A stretch of 64,000 bases of DNA from a virus, in IMG/VR virus record IMGVR_UViG_3300007504_000003, positions 62,160 through 126,159 of that record. One strand, 5' to 3'. Each line of letters starts with the position of its first letter. The first letter of the stretch is position 1. Positions 1 through 10,500 of this stretch are shown piece by piece. A program made the position numbers and the translations under genes. The notes below the pieces were generated by a model. The model searched no databases, was not told the DNA's origin, and was given only the letters and a program-made list of their open reading frames with translations.

Positions 1-22
1 CTGGAAAGAAGCCCTTCAGTGG

Positions 23-475
23 ATGCAGGATCTGAACCTCCTGGCACCGATCAGGGAGATGGTGCTGTCGGACGAGCAGCTCAAGACCTCTCTCATCAAC
101 CACATCCGGGGTTACCGGTTGGAGATGCTGTTCAGCTTGATGGATCTGGGATTGCCGGTGGGCTACCGCGTGCGTTTCCTCCCTCGGGCGGATCAGAGTC
201 ATCTACGCGACTCTATCGGTCACTGGCCGGCTGAGGAAGCGTGGGGGTTCGTGGAAGCCTTGCGGAACCCTGGCGTCATCATCCAGGACAAGAAGTTTTT
301 CCCTGAACTGGCTCGGGAGCATGGGTTCCTCGGCCCTCAAATCGCGGGGTTCAACCGCGAGGTGTACCTGCCCATAGCTCGGAGGATCCTGATGGGGGAT
401 CCCCACATTCGGTTGAGCCCGGCCCGCTTTCGACGAGAGATCGCTGACCGAGTCAGGGCACGTCTTCGGCGGTAG
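23..475 (+). CDS. hypothetical protein (start uncertain, at window edge)
   Basis: 150-aa ORF; its TAG stop is part of the promoter-like motif preceding the next gene. Confidence 0.5.
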   Translation: MQDLNLLAPIREMVLSDEQLKTSLINHIRGYRLEMLFSLMDLGLPVGYRVRFLPRADQSHLRDSIGHWPAEEAWGFVEALRNPGVIIQDKKFFPELAREHGFLGPQIAGFNREVYLPIARRILMGDPHIRLSPARFRREIADRVRARLRR

Positions 476-498
476 GTTCTCTATCTCAGTGGGGTGAT

Positions 499-1623
499 AT
501 GAAGGATTACCCGCCCTCTCGTCTTGTAGCCTCTCGTTGGTTGGTTGCATCCAAGTCGAAGTACCGATCCGTTTTGCGGCGGGGTCGCTCTCGCGTGGAA
601 GCCGCCTACCGGCAGGATGATTGGACTGCGGCTGCGGCTGCCTATGAGCAGGCGGCTTCGGCTCTCCGTCCCCTCGGGGGACTTCTGGATGGGGTTACCG
701 TCGAGCGGCAGAGTGAGCGGAGGAAGCTGAAGAACGTCCGCCGGAACCTGTCTCTGATCAAGCGGTATACGGCTCCTGGCTTCCTCCGAGATACCGAGTA
801 TCAGACCGCCTATTGGGCTTGGAGTAGCTGGGAGACGCTAGAAGATGCCGTGAAGGCTGTTCTGAGAGTCTGGGAGCGAGTGACCGGGTACCAGAGCTTG
901 ACTCGCTCCTTCCAGCACGGCCCTTTCACGGTTGAGAATCACTACGGCTACCGTGAGGAGGAATTGGCGGCACCCTTATCGCTCCTCTCAGGAGCGATGG
1001 ATCAGATCCGCTCCCGGGGGTTTGAGGAGGTCTTGTACGGGGTCGTTCAAATAGTGAGCCCGAAGAGCGGGGGGTTCTGTGGGAGGTACTTCAAGAATGG
1101 GGACTTCCTTCAGATCAACGCGGATTGCCAGTACCGCTTAGGGGCTGTTCATACGGTGGTCCACGAGCTAGGTCACCGGTTCTGGTTCCAGAAGATGACG
1201 TCCGCACAGCAGAAGGCATATGACGACGCCTATTCGGGTACAGCAGGCGTTGTGTTCTCTCTGGGGGACCGGGAGGACATGTGGCAGGCGTTCAAGGAAG
1301 CCGGGTACACCCTCCGAGGTGCTCATCGGCGGTTGAGGAACCCCGCCTTGCGGGAGCATCTCTCGGATTATGTCCGGGAGAGGAGGAAGGGGTTGTTGAT
1401 CGTCCCGGACCCGCGGACGGGGTTCATGGAGGCCCATGCTCAGAGAGCTTTCGTGGTCCCTTCTGTGAGAAACTTCTTCCTGGGCCGCCCCGTCTCCGTG
1501 AGTGATTACGCTGAAACAGGCGGGGTGACGGAGGATTTCGCTGAGGTCTTCGCGTTCTTCTGCACCGGGAAGAGGGTTGACGCAAGGGCTCTGGAACGCT
1601 TCCGGGACGCGACCGGCCGCTAG
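499..1623 (+). CDS. zincin-like metallopeptidase, putative virion cargo protein
   Basis: HELGH zinc motif plus downstream SDYAETGGVTEDFAEVF; N-terminal RLVASRWL tag. Confidence 0.7.
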   Translation: MKDYPPSRLVASRWLVASKSKYRSVLRRGRSRVEAAYRQDDWTAAAAAYEQAASALRPLGGLLDGVTVERQSERRKLKNVRRNLSLIKRYTAPGFLRDTEYQTAYWAWSSWETLEDAVKAVLRVWERVTGYQSLTRSFQHGPFTVENHYGYREEELAAPLSLLSGAMDQIRSRGFEEVLYGVVQIVSPKSGGFCGRYFKNGDFLQINADCQYRLGAVHTVVHELGHRFWFQKMTSAQQKAYDDAYSGTAGVVFSLGDREDMWQAFKEAGYTLRGAHRRLRNPALREHLSDYVRERRKGLLIVPDPRTGFMEAHAQRAFVVPSVRNFFLGRPVSVSDYAETGGVTEDFAEVFAFFCTGKRVDARALERFRDATGR

Positions 1624-1646
1624 TTCCTCTATGTGGGGAGGCTAGC

Positions 1647-3146
1647 ATGGAAACCCTCGCCCACGCTGAAGCCTCTGACGGCTCGCTCCCTATCATGGAG
1701 CCCCTCCACAATGTGCGGGAGGTGGCTAAGCAACTCATCCTGTTGGAAGACCACCTCTTTCATCCTGAGCGGCACTGCGAGGATTGCATCACCAAGCATC
1801 TCCTGACCGCTGAGGCGTTCGCAGAGGAGGCCCGTTCTCTCGACGTGGCGGGAGAGTTTTCCGAGCTGCTGAACCCTCTCCCAGGGGTCTTGAGGCGGCT
1901 GTTCCGAATGTTTCAGGAGGAGAAGCCGGTGCAGGAAATCGCTCAAGCAGCTCGCAAGTTGAGGAAGCGATTGATGCCGGAGACCCTCAAGGTGCGGGTG
2001 GCCTCCCGTTGGTTGTCGGCGGAGCGAGGTCGTCAGGTTTCGGACCTGCCTAGGTTTTTGATGGTGGGTAACCGCATTCTGAACAACTTGAACGCTTTGA
2101 AGCGGGCTGAGGCTGAGGGCCGCCATGACCGGTCAGTAGTCTGGGCTCTCAACACGGATTGGTCTAGCATTGTCTCAGCGGGTCGGCGGTGGTCAGAGGA
2201 GGTGATTGAGACTCGGGCTACTCCCAGGGGTAAGGCGAAGAAAATTGAGCTGGCGGTTCGGGCTTTCCAGGTCAGCCGTACTCGCGACTCAACGAAGTGG
2301 CTCAAGAAGAACCGTCGCCACATTGAGTTGCTGATTGAAGCGGAGAGGTGGCCCCTTCGCTCTGAAGCTTCCGACGATTTGGCGAGGCAGTTCCAGCAGG
2401 GTTCGTTTACCGTTCACAACACCATCCACGCTGAAGGAAACAAGCTTCAGGCTGTCCGGGATATGATCTCTGCTGCGTCGAGGGCCCTCCCCAGGACGGG
2501 GCTCGCAGGTGCTCAGAGCATGGCTTACGGCGATCTGTTGATTGTGGGTCAGATTGGCCGGGCGTCCTGGGCTGCGTGGTACACCCCGTCGAAGGACAAT
2601 ATCGCGATTCGCCCCTTCATTCGGGGGATTTCTGCGGCTGATGCTGCTCGGCATCTTGTCCATGAGATTGGACACCGGTATTGGCATAAAGTCATCGCCC
2701 GAGATCGGGATCTGGTCCGGGCGTGGCACGCTTACCACCGGAGGCTGGGGAGCCAGCCGGTAGACCCTGTGGCTTTTCCGGGGGTTGGGGAACAGCTCCC
2801 TCACCCGATCCACATGAAGATTCTTCCTCCAGGGAGAAAGCGTAGGAAGAGGGTGCTTATTCAACCCACGGTCAAGGCTCGGGGCTCTGAGTGGGTTGAG
2901 TTTGAGGAGGCTCCCGGGGTTCGCTATAGCGTGATTTCAGTTCAGCGGATTCTGGAGAACACTGGTCGGACAGGTCGTTTCCCCTCTCCGTATGCGGCCA
3001 CGGATCCGCAGGAGCATTTCTGCGAGGCGTTTTCCTTCAAGGCGTTTGGAGAACTTTCCCCTGAAGGGGTGGAAGCGTTTGACAGGATCTTTTTGGGCCG
3101 CACGGCGGCGGATCGGGTAGCCGATCGCTGGAGTGAGCAAAGCTAG
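1647..3146 (+). CDS. two-domain protein with zincin-like metallopeptidase (paralog of 499-1623)
   Basis: HEIGH and SPYAATDPQEHFCEAF; shares FQxGxFTVxN...HE[LI]GHR[FY]W with the previous ORF; RVASRWL internally and RVADRW at the C-terminus. Confidence 0.7.
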   Translation: METLAHAEASDGSLPIMEPLHNVREVAKQLILLEDHLFHPERHCEDCITKHLLTAEAFAEEARSLDVAGEFSELLNPLPGVLRRLFRMFQEEKPVQEIAQAARKLRKRLMPETLKVRVASRWLSAERGRQVSDLPRFLMVGNRILNNLNALKRAEAEGRHDRSVVWALNTDWSSIVSAGRRWSEEVIETRATPRGKAKKIELAVRAFQVSRTRDSTKWLKKNRRHIELLIEAERWPLRSEASDDLARQFQQGSFTVHNTIHAEGNKLQAVRDMISAASRALPRTGLAGAQSMAYGDLLIVGQIGRASWAAWYTPSKDNIAIRPFIRGISAADAARHLVHEIGHRYWHKVIARDRDLVRAWHAYHRRLGSQPVDPVAFPGVGEQLPHPIHMKILPPGRKRRKRVLIQPTVKARGSEWVEFEEAPGVRYSVISVQRILENTGRTGRFPSPYAATDPQEHFCEAFSFKAFGELSPEGVEAFDRIFLGRTAADRVADRWSEQS

Positions 3147-3150
3147 CTGG

Positions 3151-3162
3151 TATCCCTTCTAT
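3151..3162 (+). promoter_or_regulatory. putative late promoter motif
   Basis: TAT-ccctt-CTAT, one of about 15 copies listed under findings. Confidence 0.55.
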
Positions 3163-3197
3163 GGACTCCGGGGGTCGAGTCCTCTCGGAGTTGTAGG

Positions 3198-3860
3198 ATG
3201 CCCAAGGTCAAAGACCCGCTTGTCCGTCAGGCGGCGGATCGTCTTCGGGAAAGCACAAAGAAGGTGATCCGGGCTTTCGTGGAGCAAAAGCCTGGAGATA
3301 GTCGTGCTCTGAGGTCAGATGGACGGTCGTTGTGGAAGCGATCTTTTGGGGAGAGCAAGTTCGCAGTCTGGAGAGCGGGTCGAATCCTCATCCTGAACGA
3401 CGAGTCCTCTAAATTTGACGACCGGGTGATCCGGTACATCATCCGGCTTGCAGGAAAGCCAACCGTAGCTTTCGAGTACGACCGCGGGGGTGCCCACCCC
3501 AATATGAAGCTGACGTTTGAGATAGTTTGGGATGACGTAATCGGCCGAGAGGAGTACAAGGCTCGTCTCGGTGCCGTCATGACCGATGGGGGTGAGCGAG
3601 GGCTCGTGGGTTGGGTGGACTACTCCAAATATCAGGGGGAGTACACGATCGACCACGTTCATGTGGTGCCTGAGTATCGCCGTAGCGGGGTCGCCACTGC
3701 CTTGTATAAGGAGCTGTTCCGTCGGGAAGGGATCACTGTCCGGGACCTGGGCCCGAGCGCGAGGACCGACCTGGGGCAGAAGTTTCGGGAGAATGCCCGG
3801 CTCGCAGCAGCACGCCGGGTCGCTGCCCGTTACCTAGGGGGCAGTCGTGAGTCGGGATAA
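3198..3860 (+). CDS. GNAT-family acetyltransferase domain protein
   Basis: IDHVHVVPEYRRSGVATALY acetyl-CoA-binding motif A; C-terminal RVAARYL tag. Confidence 0.8.
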   Translation: MPKVKDPLVRQAADRLRESTKKVIRAFVEQKPGDSRALRSDGRSLWKRSFGESKFAVWRAGRILILNDESSKFDDRVIRYIIRLAGKPTVAFEYDRGGAHPNMKLTFEIVWDDVIGREEYKARLGAVMTDGGERGLVGWVDYSKYQGEYTIDHVHVVPEYRRSGVATALYKELFRREGITVRDLGPSARTDLGQKFRENARLAAARRVAARYLGGSRESG

Positions 3861-6558
3861 AGCGGCCATTCCTTCCGTTGAGAAGGTGGTGCGTTGTTAT
3901 CGTGAGACTCAGGCGAAGACGTTCAAGATTGAGGTGGGTGACCCGATCTGGTACGGGAAGTACAAGAATAAGAAGGGGATCGTCAAGGGCTTCAAGGGGA
4001 ACGACAAGGGAGATACGATCGTTGTGATCGAGCCTGACCCGAAGGGGCGGAAGCAGAACAAGGAGCTGAAGCTCTTCAAGATTCGGCCTCGGAAGGCCCA
4101 TGTCTCCCCTGAGGTTTACGTTGAGGGGGACCCCGAGGATTACCTCCGGTTCTTCCTCCGTGATGGGAGGATGGGAGAGAATTTGGCCCGGGTCTGGATT
4201 GTCCAGATGGATCCGGAGGGCTACTGGTACCTGGATAGCGCGAAGGCGTATATCCGGGGTCAGGGCTTCGGGGTTGAAGCCTACATGGCCGCGATCAAGT
4301 ATGCGACGGAGCATGGGGCCGGGCTCGTCTCGGACGATGAGGCGTCAGCCGCCGCGAAGCGGGCTCGGCAGGATCTCCGGAAGCGAGGGGTTCAGTTTAC
4401 TCCGGGCTACGTTTTCAAGACGCACCGGTCCTCCCATATGTTCGGGACCGCTCTTCCGGTGGACGCCTGGGATGTTCGGTCGGCGGTTCTGATGAAGTCT
4501 CGGCGTGGTCCTGCGTACCCGATCCGCCAAGCTGGCTCCGCCCCGGCTTGGGGTGCCGACAGTGTGGACGCTTTCCAGTACCTCATTCGGGGGGAGTACG
4601 ACGAGGGGTTGGAGTGGGTCGAGAAGTGGGGTCTGAAGTCCTCTCAGTGGGAGGAAATCGAGGGTGGGGATGGACCCCAGGTGGCTTTGGTGAATGACGC
4701 CTTCAACGACCTGGATGACTTCATCAGTCGTCACAACGACAGGCTCCACTACCGTCACAAGGACCAGGAAGCTCGGGATTGGGCTCCGCTTGGGCGACAT
4801 TTCAAGGAAGCAGGTTCGGGTCTACCTGTGGGCTGGACTCTTCGCCACAAGTGGTATGGCCGGACGCTCATGGTGGAAATCTGGGATGACCAGAAGGATG
4901 AGCAGGTTGTCCTGATGGCGACCCGAGAGTCTGTTTCTTCCATGTCGTCAGGATGCCAGGAGGATATCCGTGCTCTCGCGGCTCAGACAGGAGCCTCGGA
5001 GGCTGACGTGCTCGTTGTACGGTCGGCCCATGCCGGGGACCACCAGGGTCGGGGGTTTGGCCGGATGGTGTATGAGCGGGCTCTGGGAGAGGCTGCGGCA
5101 GCTAATTTGATCCTGGTCCCTGATGACTGCGAGGAAGCCCGGCGGACGAGCCCCTCAGCGGCTCGGGTCTGGGATTCTCTTCGTCGCAGGTATCCGAATG
5201 ACGGGGACGCTTTCTGGGGCCGGAAGGCCAGTGAGGACGTGATGGGTCGCACAGCGTCGTATGGGGAGCAGTTGTTTATGTTGCGGCCTGGGCAGGCGTG
5301 GTCACCCAGGTTGATGAACAACGTCACCGTGTCCACCTCCCGGTCGGATATGAACAAGCCCCGCGGCGGGTTCTGGACGTCCACGTATGCGGGGGGTCGG
5401 TCGGACTGGCTGGACTGGTGTGATCGAGAGGGCTTCCGTGGCGGCAACCAGGGGGTTCTATTTGTCCCTGGGGGCAGCGTCTTCCATATCCGCGATCTGA
5501 AGAGCTATCTCCAGCTCGCTGCGGCTCATGGTCGGGTTCATCGCGACGCCATGTTCGGGGACACGGAGAACCTGATCGATTGGAATTCTGTCGCTCTCTA
5601 CTACGACGGGGTTCACTTCACTCGGGAAGCCCTACGGGACCGTGCCTTATCCGAGTACCTCTATGGGATAGATGCGGAGTCAACGATCTGGTTCAACCCT
5701 CGGGTTCTCCAGTACAAGGGGCTCGTAGATATCCAGTCGCGGTGTCGGGTGAGAGCCGCCCGGGTTGCTCAGCGGTGGCTGGAGGGGGCTCGTCCAATTC
5801 CCTTGAACCCGGCGATGGTGGATAAGGTCGTTGCTCGGGTGGTGCGGAAGATCATTTCGGGGCTCTCCGTGTTCCGGCGAGATCGAGACGATTCTCTCTA
5901 TTACGTCCGGGGCTTTGACCCGAGGAAGTGGGGCGGTGAGGTCGCGGTCTACGAGACGACCGATGTTCGGGGTCAGCGGATTAATGTCCCTGTCCGATTG
6001 AAGACAGAGCAAGAGCTATCGAATCACGTTCGGCGGTACATCGTCGGTGGAGCGGTCAGCGCCCGGTATTCCCACGGGGAAAAGTTTGGTCGTAAGTGGC
6101 AGATGGTGATCAAGCTGAATTCAGCGAGGACTCCGAATGAGATTATGGGGGACTTGAATCGGGTTACCCAGGAGGTCCGCTCCGTGGTCATCCACGAGGC
6201 GACTCATTTGCGAGACCTCCTCCGTCTTCAGTCCCCGGAAGATCGGGAGACGAGTCAGCGTGACCCCGACGCCTATTACAACCTCCCCCATGAAGTTCGG
6301 GCGTTCATGCAGCAGGTCGTCGCGGAGGTGCGGGAGGGTTTGGAGGACGCCGCCAAGTCAGGGGCTCGCTGGTACTGGCGAGCCCGGAAGATCGACAAGA
6401 GGGTCTCCAGCGGCTTTGTTATGCGGGCCTTGGAGCAGGCTCCGACATGGAACCGGGTGAGGCCGTTCATGACTGAGGAAAACCGCCGGCTGATCCTCAA
6501 GGCGGTCGCGACGTCTCTGACGGATTGGGATCCTTTCTCCATCGGGGTCCAGGTATGA
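3847..6558 (+). CDS. multidomain polyprotein: KOW/SH3-like, two GNAT-like, KPxGGxWTS domain, HExxH zincin
   Basis: IRGQGFGVEAY and HQGRGFGRMVYE GNAT motifs; KPRGGFWTS...YDGVHF...DAES; HEATH; RKAH, RKAS/RTAS and RVAQRWL fall between the domains. Confidence 0.65.
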   Translation: MSRDKAAIPSVEKVVRCYRETQAKTFKIEVGDPIWYGKYKNKKGIVKGFKGNDKGDTIVVIEPDPKGRKQNKELKLFKIRPRKAHVSPEVYVEGDPEDYLRFFLRDGRMGENLARVWIVQMDPEGYWYLDSAKAYIRGQGFGVEAYMAAIKYATEHGAGLVSDDEASAAAKRARQDLRKRGVQFTPGYVFKTHRSSHMFGTALPVDAWDVRSAVLMKSRRGPAYPIRQAGSAPAWGADSVDAFQYLIRGEYDEGLEWVEKWGLKSSQWEEIEGGDGPQVALVNDAFNDLDDFISRHNDRLHYRHKDQEARDWAPLGRHFKEAGSGLPVGWTLRHKWYGRTLMVEIWDDQKDEQVVLMATRESVSSMSSGCQEDIRALAAQTGASEADVLVVRSAHAGDHQGRGFGRMVYERALGEAAAANLILVPDDCEEARRTSPSAARVWDSLRRRYPNDGDAFWGRKASEDVMGRTASYGEQLFMLRPGQAWSPRLMNNVTVSTSRSDMNKPRGGFWTSTYAGGRSDWLDWCDREGFRGGNQGVLFVPGGSVFHIRDLKSYLQLAAAHGRVHRDAMFGDTENLIDWNSVALYYDGVHFTREALRDRALSEYLYGIDAESTIWFNPRVLQYKGLVDIQSRCRVRAARVAQRWLEGARPIPLNPAMVDKVVARVVRKIISGLSVFRRDRDDSLYYVRGFDPRKWGGEVAVYETTDVRGQRINVPVRLKTEQELSNHVRRYIVGGAVSARYSHGEKFGRKWQMVIKLNSARTPNEIMGDLNRVTQEVRSVVIHEATHLRDLLRLQSPEDRETSQRDPDAYYNLPHEVRAFMQQVVAEVREGLEDAAKSGARWYWRARKIDKRVSSGFVMRALEQAPTWNRVRPFMTEENRRLILKAVATSLTDWDPFSIGVQV

Positions 6559-7505
6559 GCAGTATCACCGCTGGTACCTGGGGCTACGAGCCCTGGGCGG
6601 GCGACGCTCAGGAGGACAACCTGAGCGCGGTCCTGAAGACCTTGAAGAAGGGGCCGGCATACAAGAAGCTGCGGGATCTCCGGCCAAAGGCGAAGGATCT
6701 GAAGGACGAGTCCCCGGTTCGCCAGATCCTCCTCCCCTGGGATTGGGTGGGTGAGGTGTACCTCGTCTCAGACGCCCTCCAGGGTGTCCCTGAGAGCCTT
6801 GTGAAGCACGCCCTGGAGTTCGTAGAGGGGATCGAGGAACACCCCGCCTACGAGGAATTCCTGGCTTCTTGGAAGGAGCCTGAGGAGTTCCCAGCTATGC
6901 GTGAGCGGGTGGAGGCGGACCTCCGTCAGGCGTTGGATTTCAGCCGTGATGGGAGGGTCAGGCTGACTATCCCTCCTATGGGTCGGCTGGCGAAATACCG
7001 GCAACCACCGCTAGGCCCCCGCCAGGATCTTGTGGACAAGATTCGTTACCGAGTGCGGTCCAACAGTGATGGGATTGTCATCGCTCTCTATTCTGGGAGG
7101 CGTTCAGCGGGAGCGATGGTCGCGCACTGGAAGAGGTTCCCCGGGGACCTTTGCGTCTCGGATATCGGGATGCTCTCGATCACGGTGACTCCCACGCCCC
7201 AGCGGATCTTGCAGGTGTATACGTCAGGCTTGGAAGAGGGGTTCCGAGGGCTGGGATATGGTCGGGCGATGTATCAAGCGTTGATGGCGGAGGGCTGGAA
7301 GCAGGAGGGCCGCCCGTTTTTCCTGACGCCGATGTGGTGTAGCTATGGATCAGGCACGTCGGCTATGGCGATGCGAGTCTGGGATTCGCTGGCTCGACAG
7401 TATCCTTCCAGCGGCAAGGTGATTGCGGTGACGGGTCCCGTGAAGCCGGGTGTCCGGACTTCTGCGGGCGTCGTAGCGAATCGCTGGTTGGGGCTTCATG
7501 AGTGA
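6555..7505 (+). CDS. GNAT-like acetyltransferase domain protein
   Basis: GFRGLGYGRAMY and RVWDSLARQYP (matches RVWDSLRRRYP of the previous ORF); ATG overlaps upstream stop (ATGA); C-terminal RTSAGVVANRWL. Confidence 0.7.
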   Translation: MSSITAGTWGYEPWAGDAQEDNLSAVLKTLKKGPAYKKLRDLRPKAKDLKDESPVRQILLPWDWVGEVYLVSDALQGVPESLVKHALEFVEGIEEHPAYEEFLASWKEPEEFPAMRERVEADLRQALDFSRDGRVRLTIPPMGRLAKYRQPPLGPRQDLVDKIRYRVRSNSDGIVIALYSGRRSAGAMVAHWKRFPGDLCVSDIGMLSITVTPTPQRILQVYTSGLEEGFRGLGYGRAMYQALMAEGWKQEGRPFFLTPMWCSYGSGTSAMAMRVWDSLARQYPSSGKVIAVTGPVKPGVRTSAGVVANRWLGLHE

Positions 7506-10500
7506 GACCTGTCGGTCTGCGGGTGGCAGCAAGGTGCTCTTCTACATAGGGCATCGGCCTGCTCGACCTGTCCCGAAGCGGACCTCCTGGGTAGACCGGG
7601 GACAAGAGGGGCCTGATTGGGTCCGACCCTGGTTGGATTCCCCGGTTCAGGCTGGCGTCTTTCTTACGACCAACCCGTTTAATGTAGCGACAGAGCACGG
7701 CATCATGGGCCACGTCTATGCCTATCAGGTCCCTCGGTGGGTCCTGAAGGAAGCCGGTGGTCTCCAGCGGTATGACCACGCGACCGAGGTGCTGATTCCG
7801 GAGCCCTTGTGGGAGCACGTCAAGTTTCTGGGGAAGTCTCTGGACAAGGGGGCTTTCAGGCAGCGGGTTTTAGAAGGCCAGAATGAGCGAGCCTTCGCGC
7901 CTCATAATCTGGCTGTAGGGCTCGGTGAGGCAAGAGAGGTTTACATGAGGCCGAAACCCCAGAGGGTTGCTTTCCGGTACCTTCAGTCTTCTGATATCGC
8001 GGAGCGGGTCGCCGCTCGTTACCAGAAGAAGAAGGAAGTTCCGAAGGCGAAGGGCGAGGGGACCACCACGGTGTACGAGTACAGCGAGGGTCAGGTTCAG
8101 CACCGGAATCGGGAGAAGGCGAAGCGGATTGAGAAGCTCCGCACGGGAATCGGGAAGCTGCGAGCCAAGGTCAAGGGAGACCTCACCTCGTCAGACGATA
8201 AGACCCGTTTGACAGCCCTGGCTGTGGCTTTGATGGACGAGACCTATGAGCGGGTTGGGAATGACCAATCGGCTAAGGAGGGCCATTTCGGGGTCACTGG
8301 CTGGCAAGCCAAGCATGTGAAGTTCAGCGGGGGGAAGGCGACCATTTCCTACGTTGGAAAATCCGGTGTCCGTCAGAAGAAAGAGGTCACCACTGCGAAG
8401 GTGGTCTCGGCACTCAAGCGGGCGATGAAAGGCAAGTCCGGGACCACGCAGGTGCTCTGCGAGGGGGATGACTGTCGGGTTCTGGCTCAGGACGTCAACG
8501 GCTACTTGAAGCCTTTCAACATCACGGCGAAGGATATCCGTGGGCTCCACGCCAATGAGGAAGTCAAGACCCGACTGAAGGAAGTCCGCAGGAAGGGCGG
8601 CAAGCTCCCGACCGATCCGAAGAAGAAGGCTGAGAAGCTCAAGGCGGAGTTCAAGGAAGCCTTGGAAGCCGCCGCTTCGGCTGTCGGTCACCAGCCCGGC
8701 ACCCTCAAGAGTCAGTACCTCGTACCTGGAGTAGAGCAGACCTTCCTGAAGGATGGCTCTGTTTCCGTGAAGCACGCCTCCAGCCGGGTCGCGATTATCA
8801 ATCTCAACCACGCCACGGATGGGGAGAAGGGAGACCACTCCCTACGTGGAGTGGCTGGGTTGATCTCCAGTCTCACCTACTATGAGCGGGCTCTGGTTCA
8901 GGATATGCTGGTTCACGATCAGCCAATCCGGAAGGGGAAGGAGGGGTATTCTCTTCGCGGCCACCCCGTCATGTCTGATGCTGTAGGTGAGCTGGTCGCC
9001 GCGGGCTATCTGGAGGGGGAGGGGGAGGTCCGGCTCTCGGGGTTGTTCCTGGCGAAAAAGAAGCTCTACAAGAAAGAAGCTTCCCTGGACCGGGCGGCGG
9101 AGGCTTTTCTGTCTTCTGCCCCGGAGAAGTGGGGTCGGGCAGATCTCCTGGCTTTCACTCGGGTCGATCCCTGGTTCCAGGCGATGACTCTCCCCTCACG
9201 AGTCGCAGCGGCGGGTGAGTTGTTTGGTCGGGTTCTCCGAGCGGGTGTCATGGATCGCTCACATCCCCAGGCGGTAGCCTGGGTGGAGTCGTTTTTTCAG
9301 CGGCATCCAGCTCTGCGTCGCTACCAGGGGATTCCGGTTCTCCACGTCTCCTCGCCGGGGTCGGGTTCGCATCCCGAGGCTCGTCAGACCTATCGGGGGA
9401 TTGAGCTGTATCCGAAGTTCTGGGGTCACTCCACGGAAATCCAGGACTTCATCTTCGCGCATGAGATCGGTCACGCGGTTCGATCGGAGTGGGGCTTGGC
9501 TTTTGGCGTGGCTGCTGCTGCTCTTGGGATTGACCCGTGGGATACACCGAATCTCCCCTTCGGTCAGTTCAATCAGGACGAGGCCTTCGCGGATTCCTTC
9601 GCCAGTTATTTCACGGATGGGGATGTAGGTCGGAGGTATCCGGCGTGGAGTCGGCTCGTAGAGGAGGGGCTCCGGATTCGGGTAGGGAAGAAATCCCCCG
9701 CGGACAAAGAGGATGCCGAGGTAGAGCGGCTGGTGAGGCCCTCGCCTAAGAAGAAGCCGCCGCGGAAGGACAAGAGACGAGAGCAAATTCGTGAGGAGGA
9801 TCGGGACACGGACGGAGACCGGGACACCAAGCGAGACAAGGATATGAGCCTCAACTACAAGGATAGCGTCAGCCGGGTGGCGGCTCGTTATCTGGAGGCC
9901 CTCCGCGTCAAGACGGTTCGGGTCTTGAATACGGATACCGGGAAGATGGAGAACATCTCTCCGGAGCGGTTCCAGAGGAACCCGGGGAAGTACAAGCTGT
10001 GGCGGGACATGTCCCCCGAGGAAAAGGACAAGAATAGGCTCCGTAAGAAGCCTCCGGTTGAGGAGACTCCCCAGGAGGAAGAGGCGGAAGAAGCTCCTCA
10101 GGAAGAGGAGGGAGGAGAGGAGGGGGAAGAGGAGGAAGAAGAGGCCCCCCAGGAAGAAGAGGCCCCCCAGGAGGAAGAGGTTTCCCAGGAGGAAGAGGTT
10201 TCCCAGGAAGAAGAATCTACGAGTGACCCGGACACGGAGGACTACGAGGATGTGTCTTCCCTGCTGGAGGAGATCCCGGAGTCTCTGACTCCGGAGCAGA
10301 AGGCAATTCGCCGGAGCGAGTTGGTTGAGGCTGCCTTGTCCGTGATGACGAACAAGTTGGCGGCTGCTGAGAAGGAAGTGGCTGAACTGGAGGAGTCCCT
10401 GGATTCCCTTTTGGCTGACCCTGCCACGACCAGTAAGCAAAAGGCGTCTGCGAAGCAGAAGCTCCAGGCAGCGGTGAAGGGCCGCAACGAGATGAAGAAG

